Shown here one piece after another: positions 52,913 through 64,000 of a stretch of 64,000 bases of DNA. The translations under genes and the position numbers were made by a program. The DNA lies in NCBI RefSeq assembly GCF_006345805.1, contig NC_043002.1:101370001-101434000 (forward strand). The letters run 5' to 3'. Below the pieces are notes generated by a model. That model did not search any database. It was not told the DNA's origin and saw only the letters and a list, made by a program, of their open reading frames with translations. Every line of letters begins with the position of its first letter. The stretch's first letter is position 1. The stretch is from Octopus sinensis (lineage: Eukaryota).

Positions 52913-53379
52913 GTAATCGTTTTTTTATTTCGTATATTTCCATTTGTCTTGCTTAATTTTACACTTTGGATTTTTTTTGTTGAGTTTTTTCTTGAGAACA
53001 CATTCTTTCGTGGAAAATGGCGATTTTGACGTCTATATCTAACATATAGGCTGTCCATTTTAAAATTTTGTATGTAAAATAATTTTTAATCTTCGGATTT
53101 TTTTAGATATGCTAGGCCACTGGTTTTAATTCCTACCCTTATTTAATTACACACACACACACACACACACACACCCACACACACACACACATATATATAT
53201 ATACAACATTACTCTTTTATGTACACTTTTTTATATACATTCCTTTGTGTACACTGATTCGTTCTGCTTTTTTATATTTAACCCTACAGTCTCTTATGTG
53301 GTGGTTTAATAAAGTTTGTGATTGAGTATTATCTGATAATTGATATTTGATTTAGATGTATTTCTCCATTTTCTTATCT

Positions 53380-53424
<45 letters not shown>

Positions 53425-54049
53425 ATATAGCGCCTTTTATCGTAACGTTTGTTAAAAATTAGTCAAAACAGGAAATGAAATGAAAGAAATCTTGGGATGT
53501 ATGTCCTTAGTGTGTTTTTGTCAGCCGTCTAAGGGAAGTAACTCATTGATCCGGAGGAATTTCTGCGTTAATGGTTATTGCAAATGAGTTTCAACACTTC
53601 ATAGTGTGACATAAAATACTCATTAGTCAAAGATGTAAATTGAATAAAGGGTAAAGAATAAGCATTCGGCGTCAGGCCATTGGACATTTATTATATAATG
53701 TCGTAATATTGGCAATATTCAGAGGAATAATATTAATGCTTATAATGACATGAATGATTTAATAATGGAAGAGGAAAGCGTGGTGTTATAATAATGATTT
53801 GAAAGGAATTAAATTGGATACGCCATACAGACTTGATATGACCGATAAGAATTGGTTTAGACGGGATAAAGATGCACAGCAATACACATACACACACACA
53901 CACATACATACGCACACAAACACACACAGAGGGTATGGTGGTCATGTATTACTCGGTGTTTAAACTGGTTGTACCCCAGCATGGCCACGGCTTCTAGGGG
54001 CTGAAACGCATAAAATAAAAAATAAAAGAATAAAGCTGAATTTTTTAAT

Positions 54050-55345
54050 AATCTTCCAATAATCTGCGTGTTTCTAAATATCTGACAAAATGCGGTGAGC
54101 TGTCGGAATCTTTAGCAAGTCCGATATAATGCTAAGTGGCAAGACGTTATTTTCGAACGGTGCCCATACACGCTCATCGTCTAGGATGCGTTGCATAGCA
54201 GCCAACTGCATACCTAAACCGCAGTGCAGTGGGTAATGGGAAAAGACTGATCGTTTTATCATTGGAACAAGTCCCTTCCACAAGAAAATAAATAACAGAT
54301 GCTCCAATATAATGAAGGTGTAGCCCGGGCAAGTTACGACTGCCAGGTGATAAATAAGGGCAACGAGCTGGCTGAATCGTTAACACGGCGGGCGAAATGC
54401 TTAGCGGTATTTCGTCTGCCATTACGTTCTGGGTTCAAATTCCGCGGAGGTCGACTTTGCCTTTTATCCTTTCGGGTTCGATAAATTGAGTACGCACTGG
54501 GGTCGATGTAATCGACTTAATCCGCTTGTTTGTCGTTGTTTGTCCCCTCTGTGTTTAGCCCCTTGTGGGTAATAAGGAAATAGGTCGACTTTGCTTTTCA
54601 TCCTTTCGGGGTCGATTAAATAAGTACCAGTTACGCACTGGGATTGATGTAATCGACTTAATCCCTTTGTCTGCCTTTGTTTGTCCCCTCTATGTTTAGC
54701 CCCCTGTGGGCAATAAAGAAACGGATAAATGATGACGGAGGCGGCGTAGGCATTCGCCACCTTTGTTCACCTTTTCTACCTCTGCTCATAGCTGGGTAAA
54801 TGTTTGTCACTTCCTCCCACACCTTCCTCATCTGGCGGTCAGGACGGAACCAGACCCCATGCAGTTTAACTGTTTCGTCAGCCCAGCGTGCAACAACGTC
54901 GTCCGACAGCATGGACAGCACTCTCTAGCTACTCAACTGTACCGACATCCCGCGTTGATTTTGGCTCCTGCTACTCACTCGTGTTCATTTAGAATGGTGC
55001 CAATCGTCTCCACTTCGGAGGTGTCCGGCACCATGTCGTGTACGCCGGTACTACCCCCAGCCGGGTTCCAGTTCGAATTGTTTACTCGTCAACTGTTTCA
55101 ACTACCGCAGCAGTGGCTCGCGAGCCAATGAATAAAAAAAAAGCAAGTGCGGGCAGTCATGACGGACTGGGTGTGCGATGTTAAACGGTTCCACTGGGTG
55201 GCTGTTTACTTTGACCTCTTATGTAAACGGGTTCGAACCCAATTGATTTCAGGTAGGACAGCTTCCAGGTAACGATGGTCGATCCTATTATGTGCTTTAG
55301 ATTGATCCAAATTAATCAGGGCTCCACAGAAGCCAGTTTTCGTTC
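54050..55345 (-). mobile_element. Tx1/L1-clade ORF2 RT remnant interrupted by a SINE
   Basis: ALINLDQSKAHNRIDHRYL; PFNI..VRHDCP; GAKIN; WADETVKLHGVWF.PD; ANAYAASVIIY; FLWKG..P...GLGM. Confidence 0.82.
54357..54722 (+). mobile_element. SINE family A with duplicated core and tail, nested in a Tx1 remnant
   Basis: Head, core and tail followed by a second ggtcgacttt core and tail; gataaat duplicated on both sides. Confidence 0.92.
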
Positions 55346-55349
55346 CTGC

Positions 55350-56650
55350 CCTCTAAAAAACCTTTCAGTGTTATACCTTCCAAATTTCCCAACCTACGCA
55401 GTTTACATTCTTTGTATTTTTATAATTGTTTCTTTCTTCCATTATGTGAGAACTTCCTATATTCTTCTGAATTTTAAAAACATGTGAACACAATTTGATC
55501 GATTCCGCCAACAAACTAATGATTTATAATTATTAGACTGCTTTATCTTTATAACAGCAGCAAAATAATCTTATGTGATTTCCCTCGTTTCAATGTTCAG
55601 TTTCTGTTCTCTGAAGATATATTTCCTTAATTGTGAGGAAATGGTCTGTCTAGCACTACTTCGAATTAATTATTCCATCTAATCTTTATGACTTCACCTG
55701 TTGGTTAGCAGGTTTTCATTTTTCAGTCCTAATGAAGAGCTCATTATTTTGTTGGCGTTGCCCGTAATTTCTTCCATTAATTGATAAGCTAATCTCATGT
55801 TCAACTCTCTGCCTATATTTGTTTGAGCTTCACTTGTATCCGCAAACTCATTCAAGTAGTTGCACTTATCGCGTTTAGCGAGTCAACTTACTTCGCTGTT
55901 TAAAAATTGCATATTCACTTCTTAAATAAGACATCTTAGATCATAATTTCGTAGAGGTTTATACATAAGTTTTGCTAACTTCTTTTTCTGTATCACTTCC
56001 ACTATTTTCCTTGTAACTCATCTTTACCTCTTAATTTTTCTTCTGCTTCCAAGTACTTCTCTTGCTGCGTCAAGTAGCGACTCTTGAATATCACACAACA
56101 TCTTAAGCACATTCTCACCTCTTAATATCTGTCAAAGAAAAAGTATATTTCTGAATTCACTCATAAACTCTTATTTTGTATTTTCACTAGTTCTCATTTT
56201 CCTCTCTTTATATTAAGCGATGGAATCGAGATTCTACTTGTCATCCTTCGAATCAGCTAAATTTTAAACTATGATAATGAGTGATGAGTGAGTTGATGGC
56301 CAACTAAAAGTATTGATCCTTCTTATAACCGTGGCCTCATTTACTAAACACACATAGCATTTACCAGTTGCAGTACGATCAGTTTCAACTCTATTTTTCC
56401 TGCCTGGAGTAATTCAAAAATGTTTATGAAAATTTTGGCTCTCAAAAAAGGATTCCTCTTTCCACTTCGTTCAATATTCAGGGGAGAATTCTCTGGTTCG
56501 TTCTCCATAGACTCATGTGAGAAACAACGGATCATTGGACTTTTTGACTGAATTCTTAAGCGTGCAACCATTTCGTTCATAGCATACCCCTAGGTTTTAT
56601 GCCAGTTGGCTCAGTTTAAAGAATTAGCCTTGCTATTGTTTTCTGGGCCC
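55350..56650 (-). mobile_element. Old LINE remnant (possibly RTE-like, APE end to RT start)
   Basis: Purine-rich coding-like minus strand with RNRS..HMF and RG(I)-like RT pre-motifs; very decayed. Confidence 0.35.
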
Positions 56651-56725
56651 TACTAGTCACATGTCTATAGTATCGGTACTGTGACTTCTAAATGCAGAGA
56701 ATAAGCGATTCGATCCGGGAAACAC

Positions 56726-56830
56726 TTCGGAAGAATCTCCATTTTGAAGATCCTTCGGTGGAATCACATTTCGGAATCACATTTCGGAAGAATCTCCATT
56801 TTGAAGATCATTCGGTGGAATCACATTTCG
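56726..56830. repeat. Short tandem duplication (~57-bp period)
   Basis: ttcggaagaatctccattttgaagatc(c/a)ttcggtggaatcacatttcg occurs twice. Confidence 0.85.
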
Positions 56831-57570
56831 ACCGCTTCAGTTCGCGATCGTACTCTTTTGAATGTTACCCAACATTCATGACCATAGGAAAGATACGAAA
56901 ATCTAATTAAAGCTAGAATGTTTGGCTTTTTTTCTGCCCTTTACTTTTTTATTAATCCCTCTTAGGATCGAGCGCAGAAACTGCCTCATTACTGCAACAT
57001 TGTAACAAATTTGTAATTATAAATTTATTTGCCGCACTAAATAAACAAAATGCAGGTATTCCTTTTCGTTCGTTCAGCCTCACGTTCATTATTAACCCAT
57101 ATATCCAGGAAATACAGAACTTGTTGTTACAGCTGAGTTTGAGAGTAAACTCTCCTAAATACATGAGTACACAACATTTTGCTACCTTTTCAGCAGGTAA
57201 TTCAAACATTTGCATTAACTATTTTCCTCGTGTATCGTCTTATTTGTGGCACTACTGCCACAGCTAAGCTGCTACAACCAATGAGCTGCTGCAACCCTAA
57301 CCACCACCACTGTTACTACTACTACGACCAATAGTCACTGCTGCTACTGCCATTTCAGCCACTGACCATTCAGACACACAACACAGCTAAAAACAACCAC
57401 GTCGATTCTGTTGAGACCAGTAAGAAACAATTATGAACTTTTTTATTACACTTAACTTTTTTAAATATTATTGATAAGGATCATTTTTTCAAGAAGAACC
57501 GAAACATGTAACATTTCTAAGAAAATGAAAATTTATCTTATATAGTGGCGTTTTCAAATTTTTATTTATA

Positions 57571-57608
<38 letters not shown>

Positions 57609-57840
57609 TATATACGTATATATATAATACCGTATGTGGATTATTGGCGATTTTTTCTTATTTATCTTTCTTTCTCTTTGCACTTTCCACCTTCCGACGA
57701 AGAGCTATGCTCGAAACGTTAATGGCTCCCTCTTTTCACCTTGCATCAACTTCATATATTGGTTATGCTCGTGCTCAGGTTGCTACTTTTCGTTTGTTTT
57801 CCTGTTTTTTTTAAATATTGTATGTTCTTTGAATTGATTA

Positions 57841-57876
<36 letters not shown>

Positions 57877-57986
57877 TATGTGTACGTATATATACATATT
57901 TGTATCTCTCTCTATCTCTGTGTCTCTCTTTTTTTTCTCTCTCTCTCTCTCTCTCTCTTTCTATATATATATATATATATATAATA

Positions 57987-58024
<38 letters not shown>

Positions 58025-58319
58025 CATATGTATTGTTATATATATGCATATGTATTCTGTTTCTAAACGGCGCTGTCGGTATGATTTCGTGGAGCCTGTA
58101 TACATATGTATGCGTATGCGTACAAATAACACAGGCTTTCTCTTTCTTGCAAAGCGTGGATGTGTATGTGGGAGTGGTCCTGCACGAGGACGTTGAGTCG
58201 GATAGAAAGAGAACAACGAAAGAAAGAATAACGAAATCAATAGCATGAAGGAGAATGGATGAAATATTAAAAAAATATTTTAAAGTACGTTCAGAGCAGG
58301 CTTACGTCAATAGCTGAAA

Positions 58320-58352
58320 TTATATATATGTATATATATATATATATAATAT

Positions 58353-58394
<42 letters not shown>

Positions 58395-58412
58395 CACAAA
58401 CACCTACATATG

Positions 58413-58443
<31 letters not shown>

Positions 58444-58504
58444 TATATATATATACAAACACCTACATATGTATATATATACATATATATACAAACACCT
58501 ACAC

Positions 58505-58541
<37 letters not shown>

Positions 58542-58588
58542 CAAACATATATACATATATATATATATACATATATATATACACATAC

Positions 58589-58620
<32 letters not shown>

Positions 58621-58870
58621 GTGAGTGTGTTTGTATGCGTATGCACACACAAATATATAATCATAAATACATATACTTATGCATGTATATATATATGTTT
58701 GTGCGTGTGTGTGTGTATGTGTGTGTATATTTCTATACCTAAATTTATCCATATATATATATGTCTGTTTATATATCTGTGTATATAATGAAGTATACAT
58801 ACGATACCTACGCATACGCCTACACTCACATAGTCACACATACACACATACACATATGTATGTATACACA
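58320..58870. repeat. (TA/CA)n microsatellite cluster
   Basis: Directly visible. Confidence 0.9.
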
Positions 58871-59893
58871 GTACATAATTTTGTAGTCAGTAAAATGAAA
58901 TTTATATACATAAAAAATACCTCTTTTGTCGAAGTAAAGAATAGGAACAAAGGAAAAGAAAACAAATATCCAAAACAAATACAAAACAACAACAATTGTC
59001 CCCTCTACCTTTTCTTTTTACTCAATAAATTTATTTTCGATTTAAAAGAGGAGAACAATTTTCTCTTTTAACTTAATGAGAAGGATTCAATTGAAAAATA
59101 ATCGGATATAACACCTTCAAAAGCGTGCAGCATCAATGTTATGATCCCTCGCATGGTACTGGTGGAAAAATTCCTTAGTTTGAAGCCAAGATCAAAGTAA
59201 GTAGCGATTGAAAATCTTTCTCATCAATACTTTCGTTTTCTGTCAGATAATTATATATGCAACACATCTAATCGCCTCCCACAAATTTAATTACAGTTGG
59301 AAATTGTGAAGGTGGCATTGGCATGTTACCCTTTTACACTCTGAAGAAACTCAAGCTTTGTTTCTCTCTTTGTTTGTTTTAGATTTTAATTTTGATTGTT
59401 CTAATTATCGATAGTTATTGATCGAGAGAATTAATGCAGTTGCTGTTCCTCCAAGTTAGCATATTACATAGTGGCTGTGGTGGTGAGTCGATAGAGTACA
59501 TGCGCGTAAGAGCCGGTTGAGTGTGCATTTGTTTCGTGCCCCTTCCTATCTTATCATAATACAATTGTGACTACAAGTCAAGATATTTAACTCTCGCTGA
59601 CTCAGCCGTACTTGCTATTCATAAGTACCAGAAGGTGGCTAACGCTAGCTTACCAAGTTAAGTTGTGAAATCACTGAGTTAATAAAAAGATGTAAGACGT
59701 TCTGGCGCTGCTGATCTGGCGCCGTTGATTCGACGCCGGCTATTTGACATGAGGCATTTTTATATTTGTCTAGTCCTTTTTCCTTCCCCCTCTTTGTTTT
59801 CTCACTCCCATCTCCCCCTTTGTTTATGCGTGTGTATATGGAGGGGGAAAGTATTCATGTTTTTCATTTATAAATTGTAATCTCTCTCACTCA

Positions 59894-59944
<51 letters not shown>

Positions 59945-60869
59945 TACGTTTTGCATTTCTCACCCATTTTTGCACGTGGATATTTCTGCGCATGCACGCA
60001 TTTGACCCCTAGAGCCAAATAAATTCTGTCACCAAAACAAGGCTGAATGTTCAGTCGGCCGCGTCGAACATTTACAGTTCAAACAGCTGCGTCTAATCAA
60101 ACTCATCTCATTAATACAACGGAGGCAGAAGAGCAGATTCACTAAAGCTACAAAATGGCATGACTGAGTTAAACAGTAGAATGGCAGATTGGTGAATTAT
60201 AGCAGCATATAATCACCTACCGTTAGGTTCTGAGTTCAAATACAGCTGATGTTGAGGAAATCTTTCACCTTTCAGAGTACCGGCGACTATATAGTTGACT
60301 AAACTTTTATCGTAATGTGTGGTCTTGTGTTTATATCACCTCAAGAACGCAATTCCTGGTTGTCAAGGTGATTGTCTCATGAATATGAAGTGGTGAGTTC
60401 AATTCCAGAACCGGGCGATGCGTTGTATCGTTGAGTAAAACTCTTTAATTCACATCGTTCCAATCTACTCAGCTTAAAAAAAGTACCAACCGGTGCTTCC
60501 TTCTGCTGTTCCATCATCGATGATCTGCTAGTTCAAGGGTTACATAGGCATCGAAAAGAAATAACGACAGCCAGGTATAAGATATGAAGCCATACCGGTT
60601 TGCAAGTGACATTACTAGTTTTACTTTAGTGCATGATCGAGGTCTTGCTATGATGGAGAATTTAGAAATGCCCCTCAAAATGTCTTCATAAGTTACAAAT
60701 AATCGCGTGTAGATATTTCGTCTACACCTTTACTAACAAATCAGGACGCGAAGATTAGTCGAGAGCCACTGCCATTCGCCTTCAACAGTTAATCATTTAA
60801 CACTAATTATTTACTATTAATCCTACACCCTTAATTATTTTCTGTTTGTTATTGGTATCCACTTGATGG

Positions 60870-61092
60870 AAACACACCAGCATCGGTTGTCAAGCAACGT
60901 TGTGGGGCAATCATAGACACACACACACATGCATATATATACATATATACGACGGGCGTCTTTCAGTTTCCGTCCACCATATCCACTCACAAGGCTTTGG
61001 TCGGCCCGAGGCTATAGTAGAAGACACTTGCCCAAGGTGCCACTGCAGTGGGACTGAACCTGGAACCATGCGGTTGGTAAGGAAGCTACTTA
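60870..61092 (-). mobile_element. SINE family B fragment lacking its first ~22 nt
   Basis: Reverse complement of the consensus, stopping at ...ggaagctactta. Confidence 0.88.
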
Positions 61093-62812
61093 ATTTCATT
61101 ATGCTTGTCATAAAGGAAGTACATAGTATAGTAGCTTTGCGGGCTGGACAAGGACATTAATGAACTGAAACAAGGATGATAAGGATAGGAGAAGACAAAA
61201 AGCGCCCGCCGACTTCTGCTTCTCTAAAACATTGTTCTTTAAAAACAAACACAAACGAGTTAGAGTTTTTACAATTTTTTTAATTTTTGGACTTCACAGT
61301 ACATTACAAATGATAACATAGTTCAAGAAACACAATCATCCTCCTCCCCGACCATGCTGTACGCTACCCTTAGGCACTGCTCCAGATTCAGGTCGGAGCC
61401 CTGGAATGCAACTATGAGCATGTCCTTCGAGAAGGCGCCTTTCACCCTGAACATAGCGACATCCGATATGACCTTCGTAGTCACTTCCGAAGGCCAATCC
61501 TCGTCCTCTCTCCAGGGCATGGACTCCTCTCTCCGGTTATCCAGCTTTTCTACAAAGCTCTGTATTGCCCCTCCCTTCTAGAAGAAGATGACAAAATAAT
61601 CTTGCCTCTTTCTGGGAGAAGCCTCAGTTTCCGCTGTCGGTGGCACACTTCCCACCGACAAAGTTTTTGGGCATGCCGACTGCTCACCATAAACAACCGG
61701 CGATGTCCCATTCTTTTTCTTTTTCTTTCAGCTTTTTCTCTTCTACTTTACGGCGGGAGGGGGGAGTTCCTCCTTCATGTCCTTTCTTACCTCCCGCCGC
61801 CCTCTATCTCTCCAATGGAGAGCAGGCGGCTCTTCTTCTGTTAACTGCTCCAGGACCTTTGCTTGGTCCCGGTGACAGTTTCTATTTATATGGCCCAATT
61901 CCAGGCACAGATGAAACTTCAGGGGGAGGATCGTCCCTCAAGGATCACCAAGTACCTGGAACCGGCCATTGTTAAAAAATCTGACAAAACCAGATCATCG
62001 GCTGATTGGGTCCATCGGGTCGAAATTTCTTTTGACCCGTCCGAATGAGCCGCAGGGAGAATTCTAACATTCAAGAGCCTGGCAGTGCTGCCACCCAGAC
62101 CCCGACATATAGTATCTTCTATCCATTCGGGCTCTATACCGGGTGGCAGCCCACACACCCAAGCTCTTGTCAGTTTCTTCCCTTCATAAGTGGGGAGAAA
62201 CAAAATTTTCTCCCCTTCCAATGGTTGGCTGGCGAAATCCCGAGCTTCCGCAGGGGTGTCAAACAGTACACACACTGTCGCGTATTTAACACCCCTTTGG
62301 ATAAGCTTAAACTTTGGCAGGTACTCCATCAACTCTTTTTCAATATCAGTCTGTGAGAAAACAGTGATGGTGTCAAGGACCTTAGAATAGGTTCTTAACA
62401 CCACCGTTCTCTCAGAAAACTTTGTAACCACGGTTTGTGGGCCACTATTTGTCACTGCAAAACAGTATCTTTTGTTGCCATATTGACAAAAATAAATAAA
62501 ATGTAAAATGTTCAACATAAAAGTTAAAAAAGTATGGAAGGAAAGACGAGAGAAAAAGAACGAAGGAAGACAGTTCAAATGGCACCACAATTCTGCTACT
62601 CAGTTAAACCACAGTGTTCCGTCGCAGCACAAAATTTCGATTTTGTAATTTTCCTGGCCGTCCCGGTACTTCCGGCCAAAATGGTAATCTACTAGCACAA
62701 AAACAGTCAGAAATACCAATCAAAAAATAGCAGTTAAAATAACACTATTTTCAGAAGGGATATGCCCCCCAAAACGAATTACTCACAGCTAAGAGAGAAT
62801 CTAAGCACGACC
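61092..62812 (-). mobile_element. Tx1/L1-like element carrying ORF1 (RRM-like plus CCHC knuckle) but no visible ORF2
   Basis: ORF 61919..62590 (V.VLFDTPAEAR..V.GLPPGIEPEWI..DFLTM..YLVILEGR), then frameshifted FHLCLELGHINRNC. Similar to the ORF1 end at 6340-6590. Confidence 0.7.
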
Positions 62813-62997
62813 ACTGGTTGACAAATGCATGGACTTCCCTGTTTCTTCCTATTTCCGAAGAAGAGCTAAGCTCAAAACGTAAAGCTTCTTCTCTTTTCCT
62901 TCTCTGAGTGTCTTAATACATTGCTCGTGCCACGCCCAAACTTTTGTATGCTGTTTTCTTTCTCTCAGTGTCTTTTTGACTATATATATATATAGAC

Positions 62998-63395
62998 AGG
63001 CGTAGGAGTGGCTGTGTGGTAAGTAGCTTGCTTACGAACCACGTGGTTCCGGGTTCAGTCCCACTGCGTGGCACCTTGGGGAAGTGTCTTCTGCTACAGT
63101 CTCGGGCCGACCAAAGCCTTGTGAGTGGATTTGGTAGACGGAAACTGAAAGAAGCCCGTCGTATATATATATATATATATATTGTATGTTTGTGTGTTGT
63201 GTTTGCCCCCAGCCCCCAACATCGCTTGACAACTGGTGTGCTTATGTCCCCGTAACTTAGCGGTTCGGCAAAAACAGATTGATAGAATAAGTACTAGGCT
63301 TACAAATAATAAGTCCTGAGGTCGATTTGCTCGACTAAAGGCGGTGCTCCCGCATGCCCAAAATCAAATGATTGAAACAAGTAAATGAATAAATG
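62998..63395 (+). mobile_element. SINE family B, full length
   Basis: aggcgtaggagtggctgtgtggtaag A-box and gggttcagtccc B-box, followed by core, microsatellite and tail. Confidence 0.93.
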
Positions 63396-63416
63396 AATAC
63401 ATATATATATATATAT

Positions 63417-63447
<31 letters not shown>

Positions 63448-63499
63448 AGAGAGAGACAGGGAGAGAGAGAGAGGGGGAGAGAGAGAAATAGATAAGATG

Positions 63500-64000
63500 A
63501 AATACACAGAACATTTGTTTTACAGGATTGAAGAGTATATTAGAACCATAATAATAAAAATATACAATTTTATACAAAATAAGGTTTTGTTCTTTCAACG
63601 TAATTGAAGTAAGGACCGGTTTCGCATTTTTCATTAAACTGAGAGTTGAAAGAGGGGGAAAACATATTTCTAGGGGAGATGATTGCTCAATCATGTATAT
63701 TGCAGTAAAGGGGAGGTAAATCTGTAATTTTTATGTTATTATTTTTTTTGCAGTGTTCTCTGTTTTATTCTGACTTACATCTTCCATTAGATGGGTTAAG
63801 TCTTTTATTTTTGATATGGGTTCATATTTAATACTAGTTTATATTTCCAGATATATGAGACTTCTTTATTCAGTCTTACTTGTGTAATTACGAATTGTAG
63901 TTGTAATCGTTCTGCACATTCGTCAATGTGTTGATTGAGAGGAAACTTTTTGTTTGTGGACCGTACGTCTCTTTCGGATCGAATTTCCTGTTTCCCCATT
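63500..64000 (-). mobile_element. Penelope-like remnant (GIY-YIG), running off the window end
   Basis: Minus strand GETGNSIRKRRTVHKQ...PLNQHIDECA; downstream GAAA-ccgg-TC hammerhead half at ~63613-63622. Confidence 0.6.

Noticed and set aside
59695-60110. Possible MITE with ~15-bp GC-rich subterminal repeats
   Set aside because: TIRs and TSD could not be defined by eye.

Overview
AT-rich eukaryotic (animal) genomic DNA, most likely an octopod cephalopod judging from its SINE families and microsatellite load (inference). No host protein-coding exon could be supported, and nearly all listed ORFs are microsatellite artefacts. The window is a transposon graveyard. It holds at least three tRNA-derived SINE families, several R4/Dong-type RLE LINE remnants beside (TAA)n tracts, and Tx1/L1-type, CR1-like, HERO-like and possibly RTE-like LINE pieces. 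It also holds Penelope-like (GIY-YIG) remnants, an internally deleted mariner, a Helitron PIF1 3' end, a MITE with an 8-bp TSD carrying telomere-like repeats, and several minisatellites. The most interesting signal is a set of five hand-foldable type I hammerhead ribozymes (2228, 29252, 31198, 46970, 52838), each with a (near-)palindromic stem III, plus several decayed ones. One sits at the tip of a rod-like hairpin inside a ~295-bp segment that is absent from a nearby duplicate, suggesting a small non-coding ribozyme-bearing mobile element. A second notable signal is a ~150-bp tandem array in a Tx1-like 5' region in which a hairpin is conserved in structure but not in sequence. All family assignments come from motif recognition by eye, not from database searches.
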